A model generated the notes under the pieces. That model did no database searches. It was not told the origin of the DNA and worked only from the letters and a program-made list of their open reading frames with translations. A DNA stretch of 64,000 nucleotides, from NCBI RefSeq assembly GCF_018350175.1, contig NC_058368.1:138448001-138512000 (forward strand), in the 5' to 3' direction. Source of the DNA: Felis catus (Eukaryota). Position 1 is the stretch's first letter; each line of letters starts with the position of its first letter. A program made the translations under genes and the position numbers. Of this stretch, positions 1 to 12,770 are shown piece after piece.

Positions 1-49
1 ATAGATTATGATGTTAAATTCGAAAAACCACTCCCTCCTCTGGTAGATT

Positions 50-172
50 GTATTTTCTTTATTATACAGAAGAGAAAATGAAGTTCAGATTGTTAAGTGA
101 CTTGCCTGAGCCACCCCACGAAAAAGTAACCAGAGCTCAGATTTAAACCTGTTCAACTGATCCCAGAGCCTA
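50..172 (-). mobile_element. MIR SINE fragment
   Basis: Degenerate MIR core (tacagaagagaaaatgaagttcaga...aagtgacttgcctgag...atttaaacct). Confidence 0.55.
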
Positions 173-449
173 TGCTATTTGCAGTATGCTGCACTGTCTC
201 TTTTCCATTCTCTGGTCGTCTCGTCTCTGTAGAAGCTGAAATAAGAAGGCACAGCGTTGTCTCAATTGACCTTGGGTGGGATTGTATTCATCGGGTGATT
301 CAAATTCTCTGCTCTGTGTGTGTCTACAAATGACTGTAAAAACATTCATTTTGGTTGGCTGTTGTGTCAAGGCTAGTGGACATGTCTAGTCATGTCTGAA
401 ATTCAGTCATGAACACTTTATAGACAGAAGCCAATCTCCTTATAAGCAG

Positions 450-473
450 GTGTGTGTGTGTGTGTGTGTGTGT
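450..473. repeat. (GT)n microsatellite
   Basis: Seen directly. Confidence 0.95.
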
Positions 474-799
474 ATACAACAATATAAACATTGAATATCA
501 CTGAGGCCTGTGATGTCCCTTGATCTAATTAACATTTAAAAATTTCATCTGTAATTTCCACCATCTATTACATTTATGATGGGAAAAAGATACTAAGTAC
601 AATGACCTGTATACTCTCAGAAGACTACAAGGCCCTTAATACATACAAACATGGGCTTTCCTTCTCTTTACTATGAAAAGAAAGTGTTGCAATTTTTATC
701 TGTTTTTGAGAGGGTATTTTAAAACCACTTTCTAAGGATTAGATTTGATGGGAAAGGACAGTAGAGACATTAAATAACTAATATGCCTACAAATGGCAG

Positions 800-1316
800 G
801 ATACTTTTCTGTAGATCAGCAATAATTAGTTACAAAGTAAAATGGAAAAATAATCCCACTCCCCATAATAGGAAAAGACCTAAAATGGTTAGAAATGCTT
901 AACAAAAAATGTGAGACCTAGATGAATATGATAAAATTTTTTTGAGAGATAGAAAATCATATTTGAATATCCCAAGTCACATACTAGATGGTCGAATGGC
1001 AATATTGCCTAACATAAACATCTTCGTTCTTCACAAATTAACTTCTAGTTGAATGACAGTTATGATTCAAATCCTAGGGAGGCTTTGGGGAAGAAACTAA
1101 AGAGACTCTGTTAAGGTAACCTGCAGGCACAAAGAGTAAAGAATAGCTAAGAAAATGTCAAAGATCAGGAGCATTTCTGGCTCCCGTCAAGATGGTGGGT
1201 TACCATGGCCTGCTGGTTTTTTTTTTTTTTTTCCTCTAGCATCAAATATAGAGGAACTACTGAAGTAAGAAGGAAATAAGGGTTTCTGGAAGTAAAGTGA
1301 GAAATCCTTGGGAGTC

Positions 1317-1375
<59 letters not shown>

Positions 1376-2420
1376 GGGAGCGGAGGGCTAGAGGCAGTTG
1401 TGGCTGCAGGCTGGACGTGGGGTCCCCCTAAGGCAGTTGGGAGAGGATAGGTCAGTGAAACAAAGTTCTGCTTTTGCAGATGGTTGCAGGATAATTCTTC
1501 ACCTGCCCCAGGGCCATAGACATAGGCCCTATCACTCAGACCACCACTATCCCAGTAATATCAAGATAGCAAAATGCTGCCGGGGAAAGCAGTTAATGAA
1601 TTTATTATTCTCTCCCTTCCAGTTAATTTCTTCTTCTTCTCTCTCTCATTTTCCAAGTCCCCAAATTTGGTGAATTTCCATATTAAAAAAACTGCCTTCT
1701 AATAATGCTGCTTCTTTCTAAGGGTTTAAGGAGACGCACATAAAGCAGGTCTTAGGTGTATGTAGCTTTAAGTATATTTATCAGGAAATAAGAATGGTTA
1801 AAAGCCAAAATTAGCCCAGGGTTTAACTCCCAAGTTAGAAAAAGGGTAACAACATTCAAGGAAGGAAATAATAAAGAACAGAAATGAATGAAATAGAACA
1901 TGTGTATATACTCTTACTCTCACGAGTGAGGAATAGAGGTTGACCAAGCTCAAAGTTTCTTTAGAAATATTCTTAATATTGACAGACTTCTAGAATGAAT
2001 GATTAAAAAAAGATATCAAGTATACCCCAAATATAGAATAAAAAGGGTGAAATTACTACAGAAGATAACACTGTTTGGAGATAACATTAAGAAAATGAAC
2101 AGGAAAGCCAGGATCTGGGGGAAAAAATATTTGTAAAATACATATATGACAAAGGACTTGAACAGAATATATAAAGAATTCTTATAATCCAAGAAGAAAA
2201 GCTGAACAGCTCCGATAAAAACTTAACACACTTCTCAAAGGAATGTACATACCTGACCAAAAAAAGTACCTGAAAAAGTATCCAATACCATTAATTACAG
2301 GGACATTCAAATTAAAACCGCAAATTAGATATCACATACCCACTAGAACGTCTGAAATTTTTAAAGATTGATCACAAATGTTGATAAGGATGTGGAACTA
2401 GAACTTCCCTAATTTGCTGG
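800..2420 (+). mobile_element. Old, highly decayed LINE-1 (L1M-type) fragments, several pieces
   Basis: A-rich L1 ORF2-like tracts, e.g. aagaatagctaagaaaat at ~1140 and gacattcaaattaaaaccgcaaattagatatcacatacccactagaa at ~2300-2350. Interrupted by unrelated sequence. Confidence 0.55.
1326..1374. repeat. (TG)n microsatellite
   Basis: Seen directly. Confidence 0.95.
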
Positions 2421-2423
2421 TGG

Positions 2424-3090
2424 CAGCAGTGAACCGAGGAGGGGGCTAGGGAGTGGTCATACTGAGTGCACGCAGTAAGGGCTGTGGATACATCATCTGC
2501 AGGTAATTTAAAAACAATAGCAAACCTCACTATAAGTCAGTTTGTTTTTCATTATCAACATATGCTAACAATTCTAAACAACATTAGTGATAAAATACTT
2601 GTCCCCCCCCCCCCCCCCCCCCCGCCGCAAGTATCTTTTCGTTGGGCTAACTGCTAATTATTGAGGTTACTCTTGATTTGAACAATGTATGTGTAAGCTT
2701 TAGCACATGTACAATTTTATTATCTATCCTTTAAATCCTTTAATAACCATTGCCTGTTACATGGAACTGAGGTCCAGTTCTCCCAGTTACACAATCATTC
2801 TCCTACGCATTCACACTCAGCTACATGTGTTTCGAGAACAAGCCCCTTATGGTTCAAAATCTTTTCAGCTGCCTTCGGAGCACAATTTTTATCTCCCACC
2901 CACCCCTGTGCACCGCACATGGTTGCATTTAAACAGTAGATTTGAAATAAACAACAAAAGTGCCGTGGTTGTAAAGTCAAAGAAACAGAACTTTGGCTAT
3001 ATGAATTCTGTCATTCTATGTGACTACTTGGGGTTTTTATTTGTGTTTAAAATTTAAAACAGACAGAGTCCAAACTGCAATGTATAATAC
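2424..3090 (+). mobile_element. hAT-Tip100 DNA transposon fossil, Zaphod-like left end
   Basis: Colinear match to the recalled Zaphod 5' end (aatttaaaaacaatag...caattctaaacaacattagtgataaaatact...aaacagtagatttgaaataaacaa...aattctgtcattctatgtgactacttgg). Begins where the old L1 breaks off. Confidence 0.65.
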
Positions 3091-3110
3091 TTGTATCCTT
3101 AATGCTATTT

Positions 3111-3296
3111 ATAATATTAATAGCTAATATTGTATGTCTGCTGTATGCCAAACACTGTATGCATCATTTCATCAGTTATGTGTGATCACAGAGGTAGGTA
3201 TTATTTTCTTCCCCACTGATAGATGAGGAAACTGAGGCACAGAGGGAGCACATGCATGGTCCTACACTAGTAAATGGGAAAGCCAGAGTTTGGACC
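3111..3296 (-). mobile_element. MIR SINE
   Basis: MIR core gaggtaggtattatt...agatgaggaaactgaggcacagag. Confidence 0.75.
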
Positions 3297-3317
3297 GCTC
3301 ACTCTAGAGAGGCAATC

Positions 3318-3347
3318 TACGTTACGTTACGTTACGTTACGTTACGT
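3318..3347. repeat. (TACGT)6 pentanucleotide microsatellite
   Basis: Six perfect units seen directly. Confidence 0.95.
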
Positions 3348-4187
3348 TCTCCCCTCTCGTGTGTGTACGTATATGTCCTGATCTAACTCCTTATGCATAT
3401 TTGTGCTTATATCCACACATGTGTTCTTACAGTCAAGAGTATGCATTGGCTCTCGAACAAGTTATAAAGTGAGGACAAGCAAGGAGGTCAGCAGTGCATC
3501 TCTCTGGGAGCCGTGATGATAAACACCAGAGGTGGCTGTGCAACTGCTTGGATCGGAATTCTCCTTTTTTTTCTCCCACTCTTTTCCATACCAATAAATA
3601 GTCTCCCACACACAGAATAAGGGAGCCTTGGGCTTCTGAGTTCTTTCAGGAAACTAGCAACGCTCACACCTGTTTAGGCTTATGTTCCCTGACAGTTTTA
3701 GAGGCACAATATGGCCCCAGGTCTTTGTGTGGAGTATGGGGGTGTGGGGCTTCTCACCAGCCAGCATGCCTTCAAAGTTCATGGCGGCTGCCTCGAAACT
3801 ACTGCAATGTTTTCCATTAAAGACCAGCCAGTTAGACTCCCAAGTATTTCCAGGGGTACAGGACTTTTTCATGCAGTGTTCTTTCCTTCCTATTGTTTCA
3901 GAGCTCTAATTAAACAATACCATGTGTAATACTCCCCAAGGTCCTAAGAAAGGGGAATTTGAATGGTTTGGGACGGTCCAATTTTCTTTAAAAAGCGCTC
4001 ACAAATTTTTGAGGCTTTCGTATTTGTAGGCAGTAATTCCTGACGTGTAGTTGATATGCCAAATGCACTCCTTGCTGATGGTCACCCTGGGGCCACACGC
4101 TTGATTCGAGTTGCAAAGGATTTATTATGTACAGTTTTTGTCTGACTCGTTCTTTGCTTTCTGAAATAGAGAACTCCCCCAGACCAA

Positions 4188-4345
4188 TTTTTTTTTTTTC
4201 TAATGAGGGCTTCCTTGAGATTTGCATATCCTACAATGCCCCCATTTAAAGTGTATGATTCATTGCTCTTTACTGTATTCACAAATTTGTGTAACCATCA
4301 CCACAATTAATTTTAGAACATCTCTGTTACTCGGAGAAGAAACCT
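4188..4345 (-). mobile_element. LINE-1 3' end fragment (L1MB-like)
   Basis: Poly-T followed by cccatttaaagtgtatgattca...tgtgtaaccatcaccacaattaattttagaacat. Confidence 0.7.
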
Positions 4346-4369
4346 AGCCTTCAGGCATGGATTCTAACA

Positions 4370-4720
4370 CTATTTTCCAATCATAGAAACCAGAATTCCT
4401 TGGGGGGAAACGGCTGCTTCGAGGACTGGGCTGGATTTATATGAGCAGCATCTGGAGCATCCTGTAGTGCCAGAAAGTAAAGAAAGGCTCAAACAAAACA
4501 AAACCCCTAAATTCACCATTCTCTACCTTCATGGGGCTTATCAAAGGAATCAACCCAAATAGCTCCCAAGGGATAAAGCTGGAATAGTTGGAACAACAAA
4601 GTGAAGGAGTGTTAGATAATAACCCAAATTATTAGATAAAATAAATATCTGAGTTCTTGCTGATAAATGATTAAGTAAAGGGGGAGAAAAGACAAAGCTC
4701 TGTTGCAAAATAATTAAAAA
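4370..4720 (+). mobile_element. LINE-1 3' UTR fragment (L1MC/L1MD-like)
   Basis: ctggagcatcctgtagtgccagaaagtaaagaa...aaagctggaatagttggaacaacaaa resembles the L1MC/MD 3' UTR. Confidence 0.55.
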
Positions 4721-5363
4721 ATATTTATTGCCACCGTCTGTTGATGAGACCGTGTCATTCGACCTTCTTTTGCTTTTTAAAGCTCAGTTTCCTTTTTTGT
4801 TTTGCCGTCTTTGTTAAATCCAGTATCTGTGCTCCTTACAGCTCCTGTTTCTTACTTTGTTCCCTGTGTTGGTCATACTTCCTTGTTTCCTTCATACCCC
4901 ATAGTCTTTTGTTGTTGAAAACTGGGCATTTTTAGAAAATGTATTGGACCAACTCGAGATGCTGATTTCCTTCCCCTTTCTGTGGATTGTTTTTGTTGGT
5001 GTTGACTTGTTTATTTGGCTGGCTCATGTTAGTGCAATGTTTCTCCCATAGTAGGATCCTTACGATACTGTTTCTCAGAAGGTAGAGCCTTTGGTCACGC
5101 ACGCTGTTACCCTGGGATGACATTGGTGTAAGAATGGTTCTCTTTGTTTGATTTTTTTTTCCCCCCTTGGTTTATCTGTTAGGGTGTCTGTCTCACTTGG
5201 TATCCCGACAAACTGATAGTGTCCCCTAACTACTGGCCGGTTGCACTACTGTTTTTGACGATGCCTGGGGCATGAATTGATTCTGGGGCTGATCTTAATA
5301 AATGGAACACCTTTCACAGTTGCAGTCTTTGAGGTATGCTCTGACCCCAGGAGGGACTTTTCT

Positions 5364-5590
5364 TTTTTTTTTTTAAATTTTTTTTTTCAACGTTTATTTA
5401 TTTTTGGGACAGAGAGAGACAGAGCATGAACGGGGGAGGGGCAGAGAGAGAGGGAGACACAGAATCGGAAACAGGCTCCAGGCTCTGAGCCATCAGCCCA
5501 GAGCCTGACGCGGGGCTCGAACTCACGGACCGTGAGATCGTGACCTGGCTGAAGTGGGACGCTTAACCGACTGCGCCACCCAGGCGCCCC
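5364..5590 (-). mobile_element. Can-SINE (SINEC_Fc), young subfamily, full length
   Basis: tRNA-derived head, CT tract and A tail. Perfect 15 bp TSD aggagggacttttct at 5349-5363 and 5591-5605. Confidence 0.97.
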
Positions 5591-6299
5591 AGGAGGGACT
5601 TTTCTTACCTCTTTCCTTTGTTCTTGCTCCTCAACTACCTGCCCTTCGGTTTAGTTTGTTGTTTTCAGAGGACTACCAGCTGCCTCTTAAATTGCCTGCC
5701 GCGAACATCTCCGAGATTTTTGAGAGCATCCTTAGGCTTGAACTTCTCCCATGCTCTGTTTCAAATCAAGTCAGTTCCTTTGGGAAGACCTTCAGAACTC
5801 TCTGTTCTTGGGGACTGCTTTACTCCCTGGCAAAATGTCTGAGCCACTGCTCCAGAGGTAGGAAGAGTGTGACAGCCTTGCCTTAAGAGCAGGGTGCTGG
5901 GCAGGGACCTTTCATCTTCTCAATGTGTTTCTCCCAGCATGGGATCGCCCCCCTAAGAGCAAGCTGTGACAAGGGCAGCTGGGTCTCCAATATTCTGGCC
6001 TACCATGCCTGAGGTAAGACCTCTCCCTTATGAGTGGAGGGTTAGGGGAAGGAAAGGAGCAACATCTTGTCCACACTTGCCAGGAACTTAATCTCTGCAA
6101 GTCCTTGCTGAAGGGAATGACAAATGCTGGTGGCCATTCCCTCTCAATGAGCTACTGTATCCCTTGACTGGGAGAAAGGGGAGAGGGATCCCTTTTTTCT
6201 TGGCCATACCTGTGCAGAGCGGAGGGAGAGTATGGCTTGTGGCTTAAGGGCCGCAGACCATTACTGTCCCAAGATTTAGTAGAGTTTCTTGAATTAACT

Positions 6300-6522
6300 T
6301 TTTTTTTTAAATTTTTTTTTCCAACGTTAATTTATTTTTGGGACAGAGAGACAGAGCATGAACGGGGGAGGGGCAGAGAGAGAAGGAGAAACAGAATCGG
6401 AAACAGGCTCCAGGCTCTGAGCCATCAGCCCAGAGCCCGACGCGGGGCTCGAACTCGCGGACCGCGAGACCGTGACCTGGCTGAAGTCGGATGCTTAACC
6501 GACTGCGCCACCCAGGCGCCCC
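6300..6522 (-). mobile_element. Can-SINE, young subfamily, full length
   Basis: Full body; TSD tgaattaactttttt starting at 6290 and 6523. Confidence 0.95.
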
Positions 6523-6531
6523 TGAATTAAC

Positions 6532-6721
6532 TTTTTTTTAAATTAATGTTTATTTATTTTAGAGAGAGAGGGGGGGGGGAGAGAGGGAGACACAGAATCC
6601 CAAGCAGGCTCCAAGTTCCGGGCTGTCCGCACAGAGCCCGATGTGAAGCTTGAACTCCGAGTCGTGAGATCATGACCTGAGCTGAAGTCGGATGCTTAAC
6701 CGATCGAGCCACCTAGGCACC
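6532..6721 (-). mobile_element. Can-SINE, older and more diverged
   Basis: Diverged body; flank tcttgaattaa at 6722-6732 repeats 6287-6297. Confidence 0.92.
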
Positions 6722-7605
6722 TCTTGAATTAATGTTTTTTAATTGACGTTTGTCCTTTGGATGATTTCCAGAGACTTGATGTGAAAACTATTTTTAAAAG
6801 CAATCATGAGTTATGGTTGCTGGCGAATGATCTCGTGGAGCTCCCTATGCCACTATTCTGAGAGTGGAACTCTTCTGTTTCTCTGCTCTGAATCCAAACC
6901 ACACATTATTTTCGTGAAGGCTGTGGCGTTTAAGATTCTGCCTACCCATCTGATTTTCTGTATGACTCTCTGTAAGGAGAGGGACCTGGGGCTAGATTCC
7001 CTACGGAAAAACGTGGCAGGAGGACTGAGAACCCGCAGGTTCTGCAATGAATCGATCAGATGGCTCTGATTTATTGACCCAATCAGTGTGCCGTGTTGAG
7101 TGATTGGATCTCCAGGAAATGAGGAACAATAAGATTGGAGATTCCGTGGTAGCAACCCTGTTGACCGAGGTCACGTGTCAAAGAACTCTCCCCTACTCTC
7201 TCCAAATTACCCAACTAAATTCATGAACCATTTTTTACAAATATAGAACATGGGATGATTTTATATAGTATATGACTAATGACTAACATCTTTTTGTTGG
7301 TTATGTATAGGTTTACTAGAAAAAAACATTAAAAGACGAATAAGTGTGAATATAGATACAAATTTATAGAGACTTTCTTAGTACACAGATAGATTAAAGG
7401 TTCAGGTCAGGTGGCAAATATCGCGATGTTTGCCTTTCAAAAAGAAATAGACACATCAGTTTAGACTCCCGTGCATTTCTAGGGATGTAGTTCTTTGATA
7501 CTGTTTTTCTTTACATTTTATTGTTTCAGTGCTCTAATTAAAGAGTGTCCCATCCATACTTTGTTATTCTCCAAGACCCTAGAAAATTTGGATGAAATGA
7601 GATTA

Positions 7606-8142
7606 CAGTAAAACCTTGGTTTCCAAGCACAATTCATTCCAAAAACATGCTTGTAATCCCAAGCTCTTGTATATCAAAGTGAATTTGCTCATAAGAAATA
7701 ATGGAAATTCAGATGATACGTTTCGTTCCACAGCCCAAAAATATTCCTATAAAAATGATTACGATACTGTAAAATATAAAATACTAAAACATAAAATACT
7801 AAACCTTCATGATTGGTGTGAGGGAGACAAGAGAGAGGAGGGTTATTGTGTAGGACGATTTTCATTATCACTAATGGAATCACTGATATCTATTGGCTCA
7901 ATGGAATCTTTTTCTTTTTTATGCAACTTTAATAGGGAAACCTGTCCAGTGACCTGGGATGAAGCAAAGCATTCCTAAGCTTTCTCTTGTATGGAAAAGC
8001 AAGACTGTCCATAGGTGCAACTTCTAGCATTCTGGAAAAAAACAAAACAAAACAAAACAATGATTTCTGCCAAACTCTGTGGCCTGAGACGGAGTATCTG
8101 AGCTTGGGAAATCATTACCCACAATCACGTATAGAGCGAGAG

Positions 8143-8184
<42 letters not shown>

Positions 8185-8339
8185 ACCAGTGGCTTCATTG
8201 TGATCGTGCGACATCGAGCATCACATACTACTCGTGTTGCAAGATATTGCTCGTTCACCAAGTTAAAATTTATTAGAGATGTTTGCTTGTCTTGCAGAAC
8301 ACTTGGAGAACAAGTTACTTGCAATCCAAGGCTCTACTG
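7606..8339 (-). mobile_element. Non-autonomous Tc1/mariner-pogo (Tigger-like) DNA transposon
   Basis: 22 bp terminal inverted repeats matching 18/22 (cagtaaaaccttggtttccaag versus rc cagtagagccttggattgcaag). TA on both flanks (7604-05, 8340-41). Frameshifted minus-strand remnant SLDRF...DSIEPIDISDSISDNENRPTQ* at 7843-7952. Confidence 0.8.
8145..8181. repeat. (GA)n microsatellite inside the Tigger-like element
   Basis: Seen directly. Confidence 0.95.
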
Positions 8340-10689
8340 TACACGTTTTTAAAATGACACATGCACAAATGCACATACATACAGAGCACATTAAAATTGA
8401 AATTTCACAACACTGCTGCTTAGATAAAGCTAAAAAGCTATTTACTTCAAAGTAAGTCAACTTCAAAGTGATGCAGAAATACAGCAAAAATTGTAAAGGT
8501 GGCATGAAAATGAAATTTGAGAAAAGATGTAAACATCGGGTAAAATTTCACGTGATACCAAATCTGTTTAGACAAAAAAAAGTAATTACATGGGTTGTTT
8601 AACTCCAAGCATGGCAAGATGGTGTCTTCAGAATTCTGTCTTCTAATTGCTTATATTGGACGGCTTGGAAAACAGAGGGTTCAAACAGACAAAAGGGAAA
8701 AATGGTCGTTCCTCTTCTACCCACGTAGGGGTACCTGAAGCTCCAAACGGGAAGGCTAATCTTTCCCATTTCATTCTTTGCGAAGCACTAGAAGGATTAG
8801 CTTGAATGAGCAGACAGTCCGAGTTAACTTAAAAGAGAAGCCCCTATTGAATTATACAGTCAGCAGGACAGAGGTTAATTAGGAGGGACCCAGCAGAGCC
8901 ACGGTTCAGATGGACACGAGGCTTCCATTCAATTGCTGCTAATATCCTCATTTTCAAGTTTAAGAGCAACCTTTGAAAGAAGGCTTGTGATCATTTTCAT
9001 GGGCTAGTTGCCACATCAACCATTTATGCGTCTGAACTCAAAGCCCCGTTTTTTGTTGTCCTATTTTTTTGTTCTACAGGGTTTGTCCTAAACTAGGTGA
9101 CAAGTTTATGAATATGTCTGATCAGGCTGCGAGGGAAAGTATTGTTAATATTCCGGCTCTCCACGTCTCCTGGCAGCCCTCTGAGTGGTTTCCCAATGAT
9201 GTTGACTGTAAATGTTTGTGTTTTATAGTGCCTGTGTGCCTCTTTGTCCTGGTCAAGCTCACCCCTTCTCCTTGTTCCTCTCCCGAGAAGAGGACCACAT
9301 TTCAAGGAAATGAACACAGTCCTCCATCGCCCCCCATTTAAAAAATAAGAAAAAAACTTTGCCGAAAACCAAGCTTAAGAAATAGGATCTGGAACCTACT
9401 TCTCTCCCTATCCCTCCCTTAATGCCATCTGCCCAGGTTCACCTCTATCTTGTTTAACTAGTTTTGTCAGTGAGCTTCTGTGTGACAGCATTAACTGATG
9501 TGGGTTTTACTTTTTCTTGTTTCAAGTTGCCCCTGTGGAATATCTGGGTAATTGGGCATACTAGGGATGCAGAAAGGAAAAATCAAAGAAGCAACGGTTC
9601 TGGAAATTTCTTGGCATAGAGAAGGGCTAATAATAATGATGATGAGATATGTGTGTGGTAGTGGTATGTCTAGTATAGGACACATCCTACTGGCCTCATC
9701 AGATCCTCCTGGCCTCACCTGTCCCCTGGACCCTTGGCGCCTAGACCCTTGGCCCCTAGACTGATAGCTGAGGGGAAAGACTTCATGATGGCTCTCACGG
9801 TTGCCCCTGTGCTGTCTTCACCTCTTCCGCCACTTCTGATCTCATAAAATGCCACATCGTAGGTTACCAGATCTTCCTCAAAAGGGGTCTGTTGCCAAAA
9901 GAGTCCAGACGACCCGACACAGAACCATAGGAAGCGAACTCCCATGGGGTTCATTTGATAAAGGGGAAAGAGGAGGCAGGAGGGAGGGAGTCCTCCCTCT
10001 GATGTAGTGTTTGGAAGTAGGGTTTTTCATACAGCTTGTCGGGATACAACCTGCCCCTGTCAAGCCACTGGCTGTGTCCCTCCTTGGCTTACTTTGGTAC
10101 AGCCGTCATTGCAGAGATGCGTGCCTTCTCATTTGTTCCCATTCTTGCCTCCCTTCTTTTTCTCCTCTCGCTTCCTGTGATGGTTCTTTCTAATGAAGCA
10201 TGAGCATTAAAACCTTCCCCCACAGATCGAAGTATTCTGCCTCTTTATCTCTAAGTATGTCGGTGTTTGCCAAAGGCTGTGATCCTTTCTTCCTTTTTTT
10301 CCACTTTTTTTTTTTTCTCTTAGTTCAGAAAGTTCCAGAGACAGGCTGTATAAGACGGTGGCAGGTCTTTAATTCAATTTTAAAATTTCCGTCTTTAATG
10401 TTGGCCTGTCTTCCCAATTAATTCTGATCCTCTGCTTTTGTGTTGTCTTGCTTCTCTGCCTGGCAAGATCTGATTTGCCCTTGCAACCCCAGCTGAATGG
10501 CATCTTCTAGGTGAGGCTTTCTTGCCATTTCTGCCCACACCTGCCACCCCAGTCTATGCTGTCTCAAGCCAGGTGTAATAGGGCTCACATCTCTGCTCTT
10601 CCTAGGGGACTGGCAGTGTGTTCCTGTTTCTTGGATGCGATGTGACCATGAGTCCGCCCCCACTGCCCCCTTCCAAGTCGTACTGATTT

Positions 10690-10903
10690 AAAAAAAAATT
10701 TTTTTTTAATTTTTTTTAACATTTTATTTATCATTCAGAGACAGAGCATGAGCAGGGGAAGGGCAGAAAGAGAGGGAGAGAGAATCCGAAGCAGGCTCCA
10801 GGCTCTGAGCTGTCAGCACAGAGCCTGATGTGGGGTTCGAACTCACAAACCACGAGTTCATGACCTGAGCTGAAGTCGGAGGCTCAACAGACTGAGGCGC
10901 CCC
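10690..10903 (-). mobile_element. Can-SINE
   Basis: Full body with a small deletion in the head; TSD aagtcgtac(tg/ca)attt. Confidence 0.93.
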
Positions 10904-11009
10904 AAGTCGTACCAATTTTTTACCTCCAGGTTGGCCCATAGAAAGTGCTAAACATTCTTTGCTGGATCATGGTAGTTCAGATTCTCCTTTTTTGCATTCA
11001 TCATGGTTG

Positions 11010-11700
11010 TGTCCATCTCAGCCCTGACAGGTCAGGGCTCTTCCCTGGTCAGGACGGTAGTCTCTTAGCTTCCACACTGTCACTCTCCTTCTGACGATGC
11101 AGCTTTCGTAAACCACCAGACTGCTCTTCCCCAAAACTGCATCCTCTCACCCCTAGATGGCCAGCACCTGTAGGAAAGAGAGATTCTGGCACGGAAATGA
11201 TATAAAATGGTCAAAGCCCAGACAGACGGTAATAGCACCTAATGAAAGTGAGATACATCATAGTTGATATAAATGCCTTTGTCGGGTGTCCAGGTTAGTT
11301 TCACTCCTTTACCTCCACTCCCCTATACAAACTCTCCATTCTGATCAGCCTTGGCTTCCCTCCCCTACTTCAGCCTACTTAGCTGTCGCCTGCATCAGAG
11401 TAACTTGGGACACCTCTCTGTACCTACCCAAATTCTGTCCATCTTCCAACCTCCCGCCTTTGTAGACACAAATGGAGTTGCTGTAACAAGACAGATTCCC
11501 CCTTATCTCGACTGTTGGAAAAGTCAGAAATGTGCCATCCAGGTTCTTAGGCTGGAGATCTGATTGTCTTAGGCTTTTGTCATCTCTTTAGCCAAGATGA
11601 CAAGCTTTCCAAGAGCAGGAACCATGTTCAGTACTTGTTGAAGAATCTTCCTAGTTCCTGAGCCAGTAAAGACTCAACACATATTAGCTGATTGGTTCAT
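11010..11700 (+). mobile_element. L2 LINE relic fragments
   Basis: Decayed L2 3' end (aagctttccaagagcaggaaccatgttc...actcaacacatattagctgattg) with C/T-rich upstream pieces. Confidence 0.4.
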
Positions 11701-11788
11701 TGCCACAGAAATTAACCTGACCAAACCAGGCAGAGGAAGTTAATGATAAGATGGGGGGGGGGGGGGGTATCATTAGAGTTTAAATTTT

Positions 11789-11995
11789 TTTTTTTTAAAA
11801 CGTTTATTTATTTTTGAGACAGAGACAGAGCATGAACGGGGGAGGGTCAGAGAGAGGGAGACACAGAATCTGAAACAGGCTCCAGGCTCTGAGCTGTCAG
11901 CACAGAGCCCGACGCAGGGCTCAAACTCACGGACCGCGAGATCGTGACCTGAGCCGAAGTCGGATGCTTAACCGACTGAGCCACCCAGGCGCCCC
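11789..11995 (-). mobile_element. Can-SINE
   Basis: Full body; TSD tagagttta(a/c)atttt. Confidence 0.95.
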
Positions 11996-12544
11996 TAGAG
12001 TTTACATTTTAAAACAAGGAATTTTTTTTTTTTTCAATTTTCACTTAGGTCAGCATAGAAGGAGAAAAACAACACACATTTTTCTGTATGTCCAGAGAGA
12101 GAAATCCTGCTTTAGGTTACAATAGTTCATTACAGCATTCTTCTTTTCCCTTTCTAACATATGCTATGACTCTTCAGAGCAGTCAGGGCACATTTTTTCC
12201 CAATTACTTTTTCTCTTTTGCTTCACTGGCAGTCAGTTTTTCTAATAGCCATTTTTCCAAGTCAAACACTTTAATTAAAGTTGGAATGAAAAATCTGATT
12301 AAAATCTAAATTGGCCAAGGAGCTGTGATCTTCTGGTCTGCGTTTTGCACTTACATAACTTATGCTCCAAATTGCTACATTAGGGCTTTCAGTCCATTTT
12401 CCTTACCGGAGGGGTTTAAAATGGCCTGGAGCTTTGAACCAAATAAGCCTAATTTGGGAGCTATTGCATACTCCATGTTAAAATTTTCAGGACTAGCAAT
12501 AGGTTAGGGAAACTATGGAAAACTAAACTCCCAACTTAGTTTTT

Positions 12545-12770
12545 TTTTTTTTTAATTTTTTTTTCAACGTTTTTTATTTATTTTTGGGACAGAGAGAAAC
12601 AGAGCATGAACGGGGGAGGGGCAGAGAGAGAGGGAGACACAGAATCGGAAACAGGCTCCAGGCTCTGAGCTATCAGCCCAGAGCCTGACGCGGGGCTCGA
12701 ACTCACGGACCGCGAGATCGTGACCTGGCTGAAGTCGGACGCTTAACCGACTGCGCCACCCAGGGGCCCC
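12545..12770 (-). mobile_element. Can-SINE, young subfamily
   Basis: TSD ccaacttagttttt at 12531-12544 and 12771-12784. Confidence 0.97.

Larger units (their letters stand above)
4740..6870 (-). mobile_element. Old LINE-1 5' region (L1M4-like), interrupted by three SINEs
   Basis: T-rich antisense L1 5' sequence (ttgttgttgaaaactgggcattt), ending in a decayed 5' terminus (gccactattctgagagtgga). Confidence 0.45.

Noticed and set aside
7413..7434. 22 bp near-palindrome ggcaaatatcgcgatgtttgcc
   Set aside because: 11 bp arms with one mismatch are about chance level in 64 kb; no other support.
9723..9761. 15 bp tandem repeat, about 2.5 copies
   Set aside because: Ordinary slippage duplication with no spacers; not CRISPR-like.
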